From positions 106,578,001 to 106,642,000 of the forward strand of contig NC_043003.1 in NCBI RefSeq assembly GCF_006345805.1: a DNA stretch of 64,000 nt, written 5' to 3'. The stretch is from Octopus sinensis. Taxonomy: Eukaryota. Under the pieces are notes generated by a model. The model was not told the origin of the DNA. It saw only the letters and a program-made list of their open reading frames with translations, and ran no database searches. Shown here in pieces: positions 10,839-25,145 of the stretch (positions are counted from its first letter, which is position 1; each line of letters opens with the position of its first letter). The translations under genes and the position numbers were made by a program.

Positions 10839-12149
10839 TATTTTATTCAACTGAGAAGAGGGATAAGGGCCAAGGCAGCCAAACTAGCAGCACTGGTAGT
10901 TTAATCAGTATAAACTGGTACCACAGAGGGTGGTGGTACTATTTTGCGAATGTTGTAATTGCGGTATCAGTAAGTGTGTGTCACTTGTTATGAAAAGAGA
11001 CTAGAAGAGCAGCTCTTGTGGTGAAGTATTTGGTTACTGGTAGTTATAAGAGATCAAATACAACTTAACAGGATCTAAAGTAATGTTGACTGGAACATTT
11101 GCAGGAAATTGAAATGAAAAAAAACGAAAATTTTCTTTTTTAGTATTTTGGTTTTTAAAAGTGCTATGTAGAGCAGTAGCGCCGAAATGAGTATAACATC
11201 TGAGGGTGAAAGAAGAGGTGAAGTGACAAGTGTGAGAGGGAGGGGTATGGAGAGAGAGAGAGACACATACATAGAATGGATATACAACAGAGATATATAC
11301 AATTAAAAAAAAATGAGCTAAGGGAAATAATTCAAATGGTGCCAGTGGTATAATTTTGAATAAACAAGTTGAGGGGTGATATATTGAATGCTACATGTAA
11401 AAAATTCTTAATCGTAAGGGTCTTTACTTTCGTCACACACACACACACACACACACTTATGACTATTTACCCCCACCACATGACATCCCCCTACCACCAC
11501 AATCAAAGCAGGTTCACAAGAAACATCAAACATATAAGCACTTTCTTATTGATATCAGTTCCTGTAGACATATTCTGGTATTTCCTTCATGTAGTCAGAG
11601 AGAATACAAGCAGAAAAAAATGCACAGAATATGTGTGTGTGTTTGTGTGTGCATATACCTCTCTCCATGTGTGTACTACACATATAAAAAGAAAAAGGAG
11701 AAAAAGTATTCAATAAAAAGGCTAAAATTTTAATTATTGGAAGCTGAAAACTTTGTTCACCATTTCTGAGTTTCTTGTTTCCAGTTTTTGGACAGTTGTT
11801 TTGGAGAGAACCATTCCAACAGTAATAATAAACTTATAAAGGAAAAAAAAGTACAGAAAAATACACAAAATCCTCGGATGTGATGTTAATCTTTGAAAAA
11901 AGAGATTGTAACCTATAGCCTCTTTTGGTCCTAATGAGGCAAACACTTAAAAAGGATGGAAGATAAATTAATGTTTATTTCATAAGAAAGTCTGCAGAAA
12001 GATTCATGGAGTTGGTTTACAGTGAGGATGGCAAAAATCCGAGTTTTAAGATCTTGTACTGAGACAGACAGGCAGACAGTGTGTGTGTGTGGGTTAAATA
12101 CCAGCAATTGCACCCTTCCCAAGCCTTTTTTTATTAAAAAAAAAAAAAA

Positions 12150-12383
12150 AAGCACCAACTGATCGTGGCCGGTGCCAGACCCTCTGGCACCTGTGCAGGT
12201 GGCACGTAAAAAAAAGCACCCACTACACTCGCGGAGTGGTTGGCGTTAGGAAGGGCATACAGCTGTAGAAACACTGCCAGATCAGACTGGAGCCTGGGCA
12301 GCCCCTGGACCCAGACCCCGGTTCGCAAACCGTCCAACCATGAGCGCGGAAGAAAACGGACGTTAAACGATGATGATGATAAT
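12150..12383 (+). mobile_element. RTE LINE 3' UTR
   Basis: ggtggcacgtaaaaaaaagcaccc...ggacgttaaacgatgatgatgat. Confidence 0.85.
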
Positions 12384-12999
12384 GAAAGCCTGTATAGGAC
12401 TGGGTCAATTCCTCTCTCAAATGATCTACACATCTGTTCGTTCTGCTAATGATTTACATTCCCAAGAATTCAGTTTATCATTTCTTTTGTTATTCAATAA
12501 AACATTAAAAAATAAAACAAATATTTACTTCATTTTAACCGTTTTAATTGATTTTCTTCAGTTGGTGTTTATAAGTTTATTGTCTTTATCAATGAACTGG
12601 GTCAGTCGGAGAATCGTGTGTGATAGGGGAGGGGGTCTGAAATAAGAGATTATTTGGTATCCTGTTGGGAATAAGGAGAAGATGGAGAAATAGATGAGGC
12701 TGGAGCCATAAACATTAAGATTGCAAATGGGATGAGATGGAATGGATATGTGCATCGTGCATGTGTGTGTACATGGGCATGCAATGGTTCACTCATGCAT
12801 GTCACGTGAGACATTAACCAAGCATGGTTCTATAATAGATATCTTGGTCAATGGCTGCCTAGCAAACATCTACTCAAGCCACTGAAGCAGCCTTTTATGC
12901 TGTTGTTTGGTCTGCTAGAAAGAGCAACCAAATTTCCATCGAATCACAGCCTGATATCTTAAGACAGAATGGATGGTCATGGCTGGAACACTTTGATCA

Positions 13000-13270
13000 G
13001 TCATTGAACTGTGGCCAAGCTGGGGCACTGTCTTGATGGGTTTAGTTGAACAAATCAACTCCCACCCACTCTCAAGTGAAATCAGCAAGATGGTTTGACA
13101 AAGCAGGACCTTTATAGATAGAAACCATCTGATAAATAGCCACAGTTTCCAGTATCAATTTCACTGACAACCTGAAGCCTTTGGGAAAAGATGCTGGCCC
13201 ACAATGCCACAACAATGAGAGGGAACCCAGGATGTTATGATAAGAGCAAACATCTTAACCATTTAGCCAT
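13000..13270 (-). mobile_element. Old degenerate SINE-A-like copy
   Basis: gtcattgaactgtggccaagctggggcactg ... cttaaccatttagcc. Confidence 0.55.
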
Positions 13271-13491
13271 TTTGGCATCCACCATCCACCATTGTAATAG
13301 TAGTATTAAGATAGAAAAGAGAATGTCAGTGGGTGAGAAACTGTAGTATATTGGAGAATGAGTTTTTGTCAATCAATGAGATGGCCTTCTTTTAGATGCA
13401 ATCTAGGATAATCACGTGGCAGCAACACTCCTCCCAGATATTGGACCGAGGAAGATCCATTGTGGATCTTACTTGAGTTGTGTATGTACAG

Positions 13492-13539
<48 letters not shown>

Positions 13540-13691
13540 TTTCTGAAATATTATATAACCCTGAAGTGATGTTGTCATAATTGATCCAGAGGTTGTTAAT
13601 CATGTTTTAAGAATTTTAAATAATTATGAAAGTAAAAAAACAATTTTGAATACTTTTTAAGTTTTGAACCAATACAAAAACAAAGTTCGTA

Positions 13692-13925
13692 TACTCTTTT
13701 ACTTGTTTCAGTCATTTGACTGCGGCCATGCTGGAGCACCGTCTTTAGTCGAGCAAATCGACCCCGGGACTTATTCTTTGTAAGCCCAGTACTTATTCTA
13801 TCGGTCTCTTTTTGCCGAACCGCTAAGTGACGGGGACGTAAACACACCAGCATCGGTTGTCAAGCAATGCTAGGGGGACAAAAACAGACACACAAACACA
13901 TACATATATACATATATATATATAT
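13692..13925 (-). mobile_element. SINE-A 3' half
   Basis: Near-identical to the family tail; stops at the internal (TA)n. Confidence 0.9.
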
Positions 13926-14844
13926 ACATCCAGAGGCTTCAAATTTATAAGAATGCTGTTGGGCAGTGAAATATTAATATCTTCCAGAGCCTCAAAGTTA
14001 TCAAATAGACCAGTATTGGCCACTGAGACACTCTACAGGGTTAGCTTATTACAGTTTGAAATCCCATAAAACCTGGGACTTTGTTCTTATCAGTTAATTC
14101 CACACGGTAAGCTTGACCTCTGAATCACACTGAATCATGGACAGAAAATTTAAACCCAAGATATATGAACATCAAGTCCATTAGTTTCTCCATTTGACCA
14201 TGTAACACACACACACACACACACACACAGAGTTTGAATTCAAATGTAGTATCTTGGCAGAAAGCAATCAACACAAATGGGATGAAAGGCAAAAACCAAT
14301 CTTAAAGATGAACAGATTTGGATGTAGAAAAATGCAGTGCTTCTGTACATGTGGATGCATATGTGCATACAACCATTTCTCTTTTTCTCTCCTCAATTCA
14401 TGTGAGAATAAAAGGGAAAAGGTTATATTTTAGTCTAGGATTATAGGAATGAAGCATGCATAGGAATGTGGGAATAGGTGGAGACTGGAGATAAACGGAG
14501 TGAACATGATCTATTGGATGCTTAATGTCAACCCACATAAGAGGCAGAGCACAAGTGAGCTGAGAAAGCAGCTGAGCATTAAAGGCATCAAGTGAAGTGT
14601 GCAAAAGAGATGACTGTCTGTGTGGAGATGCAGTGTGAATGAATGACAAGTGTTGGGGGAAACAACAACAACAAAAAAACATTGTATACTGTCAGTATAG
14701 TAGACAGTTATTGAAGAGGTAGAACAAGAAAGATGTGGAAACGATTGATGGTGTCGGACTTTACGATTGTGGATCTCCCAGAAGAAATGACGAAATACTG
14801 GAAACAATTAGAAATATATTGTGCAGCAGACTTTTGAAACTAAT

Positions 14845-15076
14845 ACCTATTTCTTTACTACCCACAAGGGGCTAAACACAGAGGGGACAAACAAGGACAG
14901 ACATAGGTATTAAGTTGATTACATCGACTCCAGTGCGTAACTGGTACTTAATTTATCGACCCTGAAAGGATGAAAGCAAAGTCGACCTCGGCGGAATTTG
15001 AACTCACAACGTAACGCAGACGAAATACCGCTAAGCATTTCGCCCAGCGTGCTAACGTTTCTGCCAGCCCGCCACC
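14845..15076 (-). mobile_element. SINE-B
   Basis: Full copy; cttttgaaactaatacc duplicated on both flanks. Confidence 0.9.
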
Positions 15077-15452
15077 TTTTGAAACTAATACCAGCATGGA
15101 AAAAGGAATATTTGAGTGCTGCTGCTGCTGAAGATGACATAGAATTTAACATCATTCACTGCCTACGTCTATAGCCACTACATTACAACAAAAACCGACA
15201 ACAGTAAGAACATCCCGCCTGCAATAAAATGCCAGGCTGAGTCATCAGCTCAGCAAAGGCTGTTGTTTTCCTGATTAACCTGAGGAATTAACAGCAGCAT
15301 AAATGAAACACTTGACGAAGAAGAAGATGCCATAACCCCATGCCATGATTACCGAAACAAGAATAAAAAATTCATGTAAATACAGGGAAAAAGAGAGGAG
15401 AAATCTGTTGTTTAATACAAGGAACCAATTCTATGCAAATAATATCTGTCTC

Positions 15453-15808
15453 TGTTTCTTTACTACCCACAAGGGGTTAAACACAGAGAGGACAAACAAG
15501 GACAGACAAACGGATTAAGTCAATTATATTGACCCCAGTGCGTAACCGGTACTTAATTTATCGACCCCCAAAAGGATGAAAGGCAAAGTCAAACCTGGTG
15601 GAATTTGTACTCAGAGCAGAAGGACGGACGAAATACCTATTTCTTTACTACCCGCAAGGGGCTGAACACAGAGGGGACAAAACAAGGACAGACAAAGGGA
15701 TTAAGTCGATTATATTGACCCCAGTGCGTAACTGGTATTTAATTAATCAACCCCGAAAGGATGAAAGGCAAAATCAACCTTGGCGGAATTTGAACTCAGA
15801 ATGTAACG
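15453..15808 (-). mobile_element. SINE-B dimer (5'-truncated)
   Basis: Two tandem units joined at gacgaaatacctatttc; gcaaataatatct TSD. Confidence 0.88.
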
Positions 15809-16164
15809 CAAATAATATCTTCTTCCCTCTGAAACACATGACCACAATTTTTTTTTTTTTATTTTGGTTGGTGATGGAGTTATTAATGAATCAAACAGCG
15901 AAGATGTATGTCTGCAAGTCATTTGGATTGACTGAAGGAAAAAGAAAAGAAAAAAAAGGAGCGGGGGGGGGGGGCATGAAAGGAAAGTTTGGTCCCAGTG
16001 GAATTTGAACTTAGAACATAAAAAACTTTAAGTACAATATCACAACACACTTTTTCTGGTGCTCCACCATTTCTGATATAAAGTCACCAATTTTGTAAAG
16101 GAAAAATATAGTTGATTTTGTCAACCTCAAAATATTACTGGTATTTTTTTTTTTGGTCGAACAT

Positions 16165-16545
16165 AGGTGCAGGTGTGGCTGTGTGGTAAGAAGTTTGCTT
16201 CCCAACCACATGGTTCTGGGTTCAGTCCCACTGCATAGTACCCTGGGCAAATGTCTTCTGCTATAGCCTCAGGCCAACCAAAGCCTTTTGAGAAGATTTG
16301 GTAAATGGAAACTGAAAGAAGCCTGTCATGTGTCTATGTGTTTGGCTGTGAAGCAGTGATGGGGGATAGTGTTGGTTTGTTTATGTCCCTATAACTTAGT
16401 GGTTTGGCAAAACAGACTGAGAGAATAAGTACCAGGCTTAAGAAACAAAGTACTGGAGTTGATTAGTTCAACTAAAATACTTTTCAATGTCGTGCTCCAG
16501 CATGGCCTCAGTTAAATGACTGAAAAGCATAAAAGATAAAAAGAC
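16165..16545 (+). mobile_element. SINE-A (older)
   Basis: ggtgcaggtgtggctgtgtggtaagaag...aaatgactgaaaag. Confidence 0.85.
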
Positions 16546-16654
16546 AAACTCAGAATTGGTAGAGTGCCAAACTAAATAATTTGTGTATAGTTATGCTCCT
16601 TTTATATTCCCACTGTCTAACCATTTCTGACAAAACCAGGGATTCTGGGGAAAA

Positions 16655-17115
16655 GAGAAGTTCATTATATCGACCCCAATATTTGACTGGTCCCTTATTG
16701 TAACTCCTGAAGGATAAAAAGACAAAACTGATCATTGTAGGGCTTGAACTCAGAATATATAAAGATGAAAGAGATGCCTCAAGATATTTCATCTTTTACT
16801 GGTTTCACTCATTGGACAGCAGCCATACTGGGGTTTTAGAAAAGAAAAGAATCACCTGGGTTTTTTTAAATTAGGGAACTTGTTCTAATGGTCTCTTTTG
16901 CTGAACCACTAAGCTATTAGGACATAACCAAACCAGCACCAGTTCTCAAGTAGTGTGGGGGAGAACAAAGACACATACAAGCTTCTACACAGTTCCAGCC
17001 TATCAAATTCACTGGGGCTAAATTAGAAGACACTTGTCTAAGGTGCTGTATAGAGGAATTGAACCAAAAACCACCTGGTTGCAAAGTGAGCTAACCACGG
17101 GGCCAAACCTGTACC
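16655..17115 (-). mobile_element. Degenerate SINE-B followed by degenerate SINE-A
   Basis: atcgacccc...tgaactcagaa; cttttactggtttcactcattgg... Confidence 0.6.
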
Positions 17116-17505
17116 ATACAGTTTGACCAATCATCCATCGGGTAATTAGTCCAAGGCCCTACTAACTAATGTGTTTGAGAAAGGCATGAACGTCACTCAA
17201 TCTCATTTCCTTTCTATAAAAGAGATGTAATGTGTTGAGCCGCATATAAGAAATCCTCATTGTTATGTAACTTTCACTCCTGTCACTTCGTATAAAAGAA
17301 GTTTATCTGTCTGGATTACCCGGGTAGCAATCAGGGTGGCAGACGTAGTAATGAAGATATTTATTCAAACATATTTATTCAAGTGTGTGTGTGTGTTTGT
17401 ATATTTATTGGATATGCTTATGTATAATGAAAGAAATACCATAAATTATTTCCTCCAATACACAATCACAAACTTCACGTGAAATAGTAGCATTACATAA
17501 GTTAG

Positions 17506-17507
17506 AG

Positions 17508-17539
<32 letters not shown>

Positions 17540-17598
17540 TAGTATTAGTAGTAATATTAGTATTAGTAGTAGTAGTAGTAATAGTAGTAGTAGTAGTG

Positions 17599-17649
<51 letters not shown>

Positions 17650-17910
17650 GTAGTAGTATTAGTAGTAGTATTAGCAGCAGAGTTAATAACAGTGAAATAA
17701 CAATGGGTGGTTGTGACAGTGATGGTAGTAGTGGTAATAATAGTGCAGGCAGAGGTGATAGTAATAATGGCAATAGTGTGGTGATGGTGGCAGCAGCAAT
17801 AGTAATAGTGGTGGTGGTAACAGCATTAGAAGTGATATTAGTGGTTGTGGTGGTGGTGGCTGTAGCGATGGTAGAGCAAGGGTGGTGGTGGTGGTTGTGG
17901 TGGTGGTTTT
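17506..17910. repeat. (AGT)n/(GGT)n trinucleotide low-complexity tract
   Basis: Direct read. Confidence 0.92.
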
Positions 17911-18005
17911 AGAGTGGTAGAAATGAGAATTAAGGAAAGTAGCAACCCATCGTTGTTACATGTGTAATCTATAGGATTGGTGTTGGAGCTAAAAGCTTCA
18001 GCTGC

Positions 18006-18372
18006 TGAAGAGGAAGAAGAAGAAGGAGAATGAGGAGGAGAAGAAGAAAAAGGAGGAGGAGAAGAAGAAGAAAAAGGAGAATGAGGAGAAAAAGGTGGAG
18101 GAGAAGGTGAAGAAGAAAGAAGAAAAAGAAAAAGGAGGAGGAGAAGAAGAAGGAGGAGGAGAAGAAGAAGAGGAAGAAGAAAAAGGAGAAGAAGAGAAGG
18201 AGGAGGAGGAGAAGAAGAAGAAGAGGAAGAAGAAAAAGGAGAAGAAGAGAAGGAGGAGGAGGAGAAGAAGAAGAAGAGGAAGAAAGAAGAAGGAGGAGAA
18301 AAAGGTGGAGGAGAAGAAGAAAGAAGAAGAAGAAGAAGAAGAAAAAGGAGGAAAAGAAGAAGAAGAAGAAGG
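18006..18372. repeat. (GAA/GGA)n polypurine tract
   Basis: Direct read. Confidence 0.92.
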
Positions 18373-18724
18373 GACTTTATAGGGATTGGTGGATGATGTC
18401 TGTTTGACTGGGCTGAGTAATAATAATAATAAGGTCACCATTTATTTAACACACACACACACACACACACACTATAGCAAATATATGCAGAGGTACACGC
18501 GTGTATACACAAGCAAAATCAAAATGACAATGAGTAGTGTGTGTGTGTGAGGGAAAGAGAATGGGGGATATAAAGTATGTGTATTAGACAAAAGCGCAGG
18601 GGTGTTGCCCAAACACATGGATGTGTGTGTTATACAAACATGGATGTGTGAGTGTCACCCAAATGGAAATGATGTTACATCATGCACAAGTGTGTATGTG
18701 TGTGTGTGTATACAGACATAAGAA

Positions 18725-19100
18725 CAGGTGTAGCTGTGTGGTTAGGGAGCTTGTTTTGTAATCCTATGGTTTTAGGTTCAGTCCCACTGTGTAGCACCTC
18801 AAGTATTTCCTTGACTGACCAGTGCCTTGAGAGTATATTTGAAGGATGGAAACTGTGTGGAAGCCCATCATACATGCACACACATCTATGTATGTATGTC
18901 TGTGTTTGTCTCCCATCATTGCCCGACAACCTGTGTTGGTTTGTTTATGTCCCCGTAACTAAGCAGTTCAGCAAAACAGACCGACAGAATCAGTACCTGA
19001 CCTAACAACAAGTCCTGGGATCAATTTGATGAAACCTTTCAAAGCAGTGCCCCAACATGGCCGCAGTCCAATGACTGAAACAAGTAAAAATTAAAAGATG
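18725..19100 (+). mobile_element. SINE-A (older)
   Basis: ggtgtagctgtgtggttag...ggttcagtcccactg...caatgactgaaacaagtaaaa. Confidence 0.8.
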
Positions 19101-19441
19101 AATATGCGAATAAGCAGAGGAATGGATGTGTGGTTACATTTACTCAGCAACCACTTGGTTTTGGGTTCAATCCCAGCGTATGGTACCTTGAACAAATAGC
19201 TTCAAGTTGATTCAGGTTTTGGAAGTGAAACTGGGTTGATGTACAACTATACTTCATTGCTTTTATGCAAAAGTGTAGTAAGTCCAAAATGCTGCATTTT
19301 CAGAAAATGGAAAAATAGTTTCACCATTTCAAAGCAAAACTGTTGTACGACACTTTGACAATTTTTGATATTTTGGCATCTGAAGAAGCTGCAGAACAAT
19401 AGTTTTTGACCAAAAGAACCGGCTATTGCAAGCAAAAATAA

Positions 19442-19678
19442 ATATTTATTTATTTGTTGCCCACAAGGGAGTAAGCATAGAGGGGACAAACAAGGACAGA
19501 CAAAAGGATTAATTCGATTACATCGACCTCAGTGCATAACTGGTACTTATTTAATCGACCCTGAAAGGATGAAAGGCAAAGTTGACCTCGGCGGAATTTG
19601 AACTCGGAACATAGCAGCAGATGATATATCGCTAAGCATTTTGCTTGGTGTGCTAACGATTCAGCCAGCTCGCTGCCT
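19442..19678 (-). mobile_element. SINE-B
   Basis: Full copy; aagcaaaaataaatatt duplicated on both flanks. Confidence 0.88.
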
Positions 19679-19833
19679 TAAGCAAAAATAAATATTGGAA
19701 AAAAACAAAAAAAAACACATTTGGCCAAATTTGGATATACGACAGTTTAACATAACAGCAACAATTTGTAATACAAAGAAGGTCAGACTTGTCACACACT
19801 GTGTCATTCTGACTGAATGAGGATTATGTAAAC

Positions 19834-20461
19834 CAGTGGTTCTCAATTGGGGTCCACATGAACCTTAAGGATCCATATAAGATTTTATTGCCAAAGTTTA
19901 TGGACAAGAAACTGGTTATAGTCCTGCAATACAACAAAATACTTTCAACAATTTTTATAGAAGAATTGATAATAATATTTAATTTTACTCTTATTCTTTT
20001 ACACATTTCAGTCACCTGACTGTGACCATGCTGGAGCAACTGACCCCAGGACTTATTCTTTGTAAGCCTAGTACTTATTCTATCAGTCTCTTTTGCCAAA
20101 CCACTAAGTTTCAGGGACATAAAGACACCAACATGAGTTCTCAAGCGATGGCTGCAGGGGCAAACACAGACACAAAGACACATGCATAAATATATATATA
20201 TATATATATATACACGACGGGCTTCTTTCAGTTTCCATCTGCCAAATCCACTGAAGGCTTTGGTCGGCCCTAGGCTATAGTAGAAGACACTCGCCTGAGG
20301 AGCCACGCAGTGGGACTGAACGTGGAACCATGTGGTTAGGAGGCAAGCTTCTTACCACACAGCCAAGCCTATGCCAAAAGAATTCGAATGGGCATGGGAC
20401 CCAGTTGAGTAGGGTAGGAAACAAAGGGGTCCATAGGCAAAAAAATGGATGAGAATCATTG
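19834..20461 (+). mobile_element. hAT (Charlie-like) MITE interrupted by SINE-A
   Basis: TIRs cagtggttctcaa / tgagaatcattg; 8-bp flanks atgtaaac/gtgtaaag; body homologous to the 26502 and 53677 copies. Confidence 0.7.
19983..20372 (-). mobile_element. SINE-A nested in MITE
   Basis: Family match. Confidence 0.88.
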
Positions 20462-20778
20462 GTGTAAAGGGTACAAGATCCGAGAAGAATATGCAACCAC
20501 AAATACAACAATAAGCAGAAGCAGTCCGGATGATCGAAGAAATGACACTGGGGGGTCATTTACTTTACTCTGTGTGTGTGTGTGAGCAAATAGTGCACCA
20601 TGTGTGTAAATGAAGCTGTTATTCTGTGCATATATTTATGCAGTTATTGCACTGTGTGAGCATGTGTATATGGCTGTAAGGGTGTTGCACTCTGAGATTA
20701 TGTACAGGGTACTGCACTGTGTGTGTATGTGTGTGTGTATATATATATACATATATATATTTACCTTTTTTTTTTTTT

Positions 20779-21071
20779 ACGATCAGACCATCAGATGTTG
20801 CTATACATCGCTGGTCACAATGCGTTCGCATTGTTTTAGCCTTTGAATGACGCCACCCCGCTGGCTAAGCGAGTAGGTCAACAGAAGAAAGAGTGAGAGA
20901 AAGTTGTGGCGAAAGAGTACAGCAGGGATAGCCACCACACCCTGCCGGAGCCTCGTGGAGTTTTAGGTGTTTTCGCTCAATAAACACACACAACGCCCGG
21001 TCTGGGAATCGAAACCGCGATCCTACGACCGCAAGTCCGCTGCCCTAACCACTGGGCCATTGCGCCTCCAC
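20779..21071 (-). mobile_element. SINE-C (tRNA-Arg-like head)
   Basis: Reverse complement of 50439-50740. Confidence 0.9.
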
Positions 21072-21587
21072 ACACACACACATATATATATATATATGTA
21101 TGTATGTATGTACGTATTACTAAGTGTGTGGGTGTTGCATTGCATACATCTGTATACACAGGCAGATGTTGCATCACGACTGTGTCTGTACATAAGTGTG
21201 CAGGTGTTGCACTGCACGTGCATGCGTGTACTTGCATGTATTGTGCTGCACAATGAAAGACAGAGAGAGAGAGAAATTCCCTGGTAGATTAACTTCAACT
21301 AACCTCACAATACAGCAGTGTCAACAATGAAAACTCAGCAAGCAGCTGATGCACCAACAATAAGATTACATCTATCTACCCACACGCGTGTGTGTGTGTG
21401 TGTGTGCATCTCTTTCTCTCTCTCTCACTCTCTCACCCTCTCTTACTCTCCCTCTCTCTGACAAGGGGAGAAGAAAAGAATCACATGTTTAATGGATTAG
21501 CAAAATATTAGAGCATCGGACAACATTTTGTTACTGCCCACCACATTCTGAGTTCAAATCTTGCTGAAGTCAATTTTACTTTCCATT

Positions 21588-21600
21588 CTGTGAGTGAGAG

Positions 21601-21691
<91 letters not shown>

Positions 21692-21696
21692 TGAGT

Positions 21697-21733
<37 letters not shown>

Positions 21734-21775
21734 TGTGTGTTGTGTGTGTCAGTGTGTGTGTGTGTCGGTGTGTGT
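21588..21775. repeat. Compound (GA)n(GT)n(GA)n microsatellite
   Basis: Direct read. Confidence 0.95.
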
Positions 21776-21999
21776 AAGCGCATATCTTCACTGTGAGTTT
21801 GCCTTCTGCACTTTGGCATTTCCTTGGCCACAAACTATCTGCTGGCGCTGTTCTTTCAGTGATGTGTAGAAGAATAAAAAAGTCCTTGTTCTGACAAAAA
21901 AGGTAAGAGTTGGCAACTGGAAGAGTATCTGGTTGTAAAACAAATTTTCAATAAGGTGTACTCATGTAACCCATGCTGACATAAGAAAACAGGCATAAA

Positions 22000-22200
22000 A
22001 CGGCCCAGTGGTGGGTGGGGTGCACTCATGATCACAAGACTGTGGTTTCGATTCCTAGGCTGGGCAGTGTGTTTGTGCTCTTGAGCAAAACACTTCATTT
22101 CATGCTGCCCCAATCCACACAGCTGTAAATGAGTTCCAGCAATAGTTGGGAAGTTAACCCTGCAATGGACTGGTGTCCTATCCAGGTAGGGAATGTTTTG
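22000..22200 (+). mobile_element. Degenerate tRNA/CORE-like SINE
   Basis: ggcccagtgg...ggtttcgattcc...cttgagcaaaacacttc...cagctgtaaatgag...cctgcaatggactgg. Confidence 0.6.
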
Positions 22201-22588
22201 GAATCTCATTCACTTATTTGCTGTCAGAGATTCGGGGTTCCATGGAGGTTGAAAATTTGTCTGCATAGTAGTGTTATTAAGGGGTTTAGCCATTCGTGAG
22301 ACGTGACAGATGGGTCTGGGGTCCTGTACAACTGAGTCAGATGCACAAGGTCACCAGACGACAGAGTTGATTGAGAATCCAAATTCATTTTGTATGACGT
22401 ATGATGCATGTTGTAGCAGGGGTCCTCGTTGAGCAATGGCACAAACACACACACACCCACAAATATGCATACAGTGTTAGGTGTGTGGTTATAAACACAT
22501 GTACATTAATGTACATCAATGGACATCACCTCATTTGCTTTGTCTCCTCCATATTCAGGTATTAAAAATTGTTTTACTTGATAAGAAT

Positions 22589-22641
<53 letters not shown>

Positions 22642-22974
22642 TGGGTGGAAGAAGAGATGATAAATGAGTTCTATGCAAGTAGGAAGTTCAGCAGAGGAAA
22701 TTGTTAAACCAAGCTGGTTTCATAGTTTAATATGCTCTCTTGATAGCACTTCCAGCCAACATGTTTACACACAATAAACATACAAGTACATTGAAGAGTT
22801 GAGTTTTAATGGGGGGAGGGGCATAGTAGAACAATGATTGGCAAGTAAGGGAAAACCATAGTCATAGCCGTGGAACAGCAAGTATGGTTATGCGGTTAGG
22901 AAATTAGTTTCATAATAACTGGTTCAGAGTTCAATCCCAATGAACAGCACTCTACACCTATTATCAAACTCCTT

Positions 22975-23338
22975 AGACTGTGGCCATGCTGGGGCATTGC
23001 CTTGAAGAACCTTTAGTCAAATAAACTGACCCTACTACTGATTTTCTTTTTATAAAGCCTGGTACTTGTTTCATTGGTCTCTTTTGCTGAACTGCTAAGT
23101 TACAGGGATGTAAACACACAAACACCAGTTGTCAGACTATGGTAGAAGGACAAACACAAAGACACACAAACACACGATGAGCTTCATTCAGTTTTCCATC
23201 TACTGAATCCACTCACAAGGCTTCGGTCAGTCCGAAACTATAGTAAAAGACATTTGCTCAAGCTGCCATACGTTGAGACTGAACCCGGAACCATGTGGTT
23301 GGGATGCAAGCTTCTTACCACATGGCCATACCTGTGCC
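22975..23338 (-). mobile_element. SINE-A (older)
   Basis: Family match. Confidence 0.8.
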
Positions 23339-23778
23339 TTTATCATTGTGAGTCTTTTTTGCTTACCATTATCAAAATATCTGAAGGTTGACTCCATTTG
23401 TGTACACAAATGTTTTATGATCAGGCCCAATCCTAAAACACTCAAAAAATCTCTGGTATTCTCTAATTCAACAACAACAACAATCACCTGACTGTTGTAT
23501 TTCATTACATATCCCATGTTTTATTGGAATTTATTTCTATTTACAGACACACAATGGTCAGTGAATGAGTGTAGGATTAAAATATAAAATAAAAATAAGA
23601 GGTGACTGCATGACTACACCTCAGCAGGGGGGTACCAAACAGACAAGCAGGTAAGTGTATACATAAGACAGGTGAGCACTAAGCAATTAAAAGTGTGTGT
23701 GTGTGTGTGTGTGAGCACATATGCAACTATGTGCTCATACAGCCAAGTTGGGTAAAGCAATTTAGCTTTATTGTTAAA

Positions 23779-24174
23779 CTAGCAGTATCGCCCGGCATTG
23801 CTCGGGTTTGTAAGGGAAATAACTATATAAGCATTTTTAGAGATGTAAAGTATAATAGCCATCTCAATATGGCTAACTACAAAGGAGGGGGGGTGTTACT
23901 GTAGCTTTTTACATTCTGAGATTTAATAATAAATTTTTAGAGAGTTACTTCCCTTATATATGCCAAAAATGCATTAAAAATGGGAAAAATTGACGGTAAA
24001 TTTTTTTTTAAATCGTAGACTCATCGTAGACACGTGCTAATACCCAGAAGGGCTCGATATGAATCATGACTATAAGATACCTGGTTTTGGTAAAACTGCA
24101 CCGCAAAATGTGGGAGTAGTTAGGAATCTAAATCGTAGGAGACAGACACACAACTTCACTTTTATATATAAAGA
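23779..24174 (-). mobile_element. Non-autonomous Helitron
   Basis: Same TC...CTAG termini and subterminal GC hairpin as 4009-4519. Confidence 0.8.
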
Positions 24175-25145
24175 TGAGAATTAAACAATTGCAGTGCAAT
24201 CAGGTCATTGAAGCAGAGGAATGCAGAATAAAAAAAAAAACCCACAGACAACAAAATGTAAAAAGAGATGAAATATCTTTAATGAATAACTCACTCAAGA
24301 ATGATTACTATTGCTGTTTAGCCCAAGGTGAAACAGACTTATAACAAAAGGTATTCCAGTCTTGACCATGCTGTCTTTTTGCCTTTGTGCCAGCAAACCC
24401 AGGACAATATTAGCGAAAACAAGTAGGTTGTGATTTGAGGGTGATTTCGCTATTTCTAACGAGTTATGTGAACACAGAGAGCAGAGGTCCCCACCATTGG
24501 CTCATCTCAAGGGTGGTAAGTGTAGTTGAGTGAAATAGAATGGTTAGAACCAAGAACAAAATCCTAATTGATGTAACAAAGCATCCTCTACAAGGTTGCT
24601 CAACACCCTAGGAGTGGCAGCCACAATTCCTTCGAAATCATTTTTCTTGTCTTCAGAATAGAAGTAGATGTTGAAGAAAATAGTCCTTATTACACTGTCT
24701 ACAAACTGATGTTCTATACAGTATTTTAGGCTGGGTTTAGAAAAATGTATAAATAAATTTAAATGACTGATTATGATTAGCACAATGTCGCTGGCCATTC
24801 TCTGAGGCAACATCCTTGTGGTCATGACTGCAGGACATGGCTGAGTATACCATTTGTTCTGGCGTGTGCAGCCCATTGCTCCCTCCCCATCCATTTCCTG
24901 CTGCTTAATCCTCGCCATTTTTCTTTTCCGTTTTTTTGTAATTAAATTGTGATAAATAAAGAGATACGTGTAAAGAAAAACAACTCCCAAATCTCAGACC
25001 AACTGTCTGAGACTTTGGCCAAAATGTCTTTTTCTGTAGCCTTAATTTAACCAAAAATTTATGAGTGGAATTTAGTAGACAGAAACTATAAGAAAACTGA
25101 GTGTTTGTGGATGTGTGTGGTGTGTGTATATTTACTGACATAAAA

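Noticed and set aside
17405-18441. Poly-L, poly-V, poly-E/K and poly-S/F ORFs
   Set aside because: Trinucleotide repeat artefacts
24544-24990. 148-aa minus-strand ORF
   Set aside because: No recognisable motif, non-ATG start and no convincing splice signals
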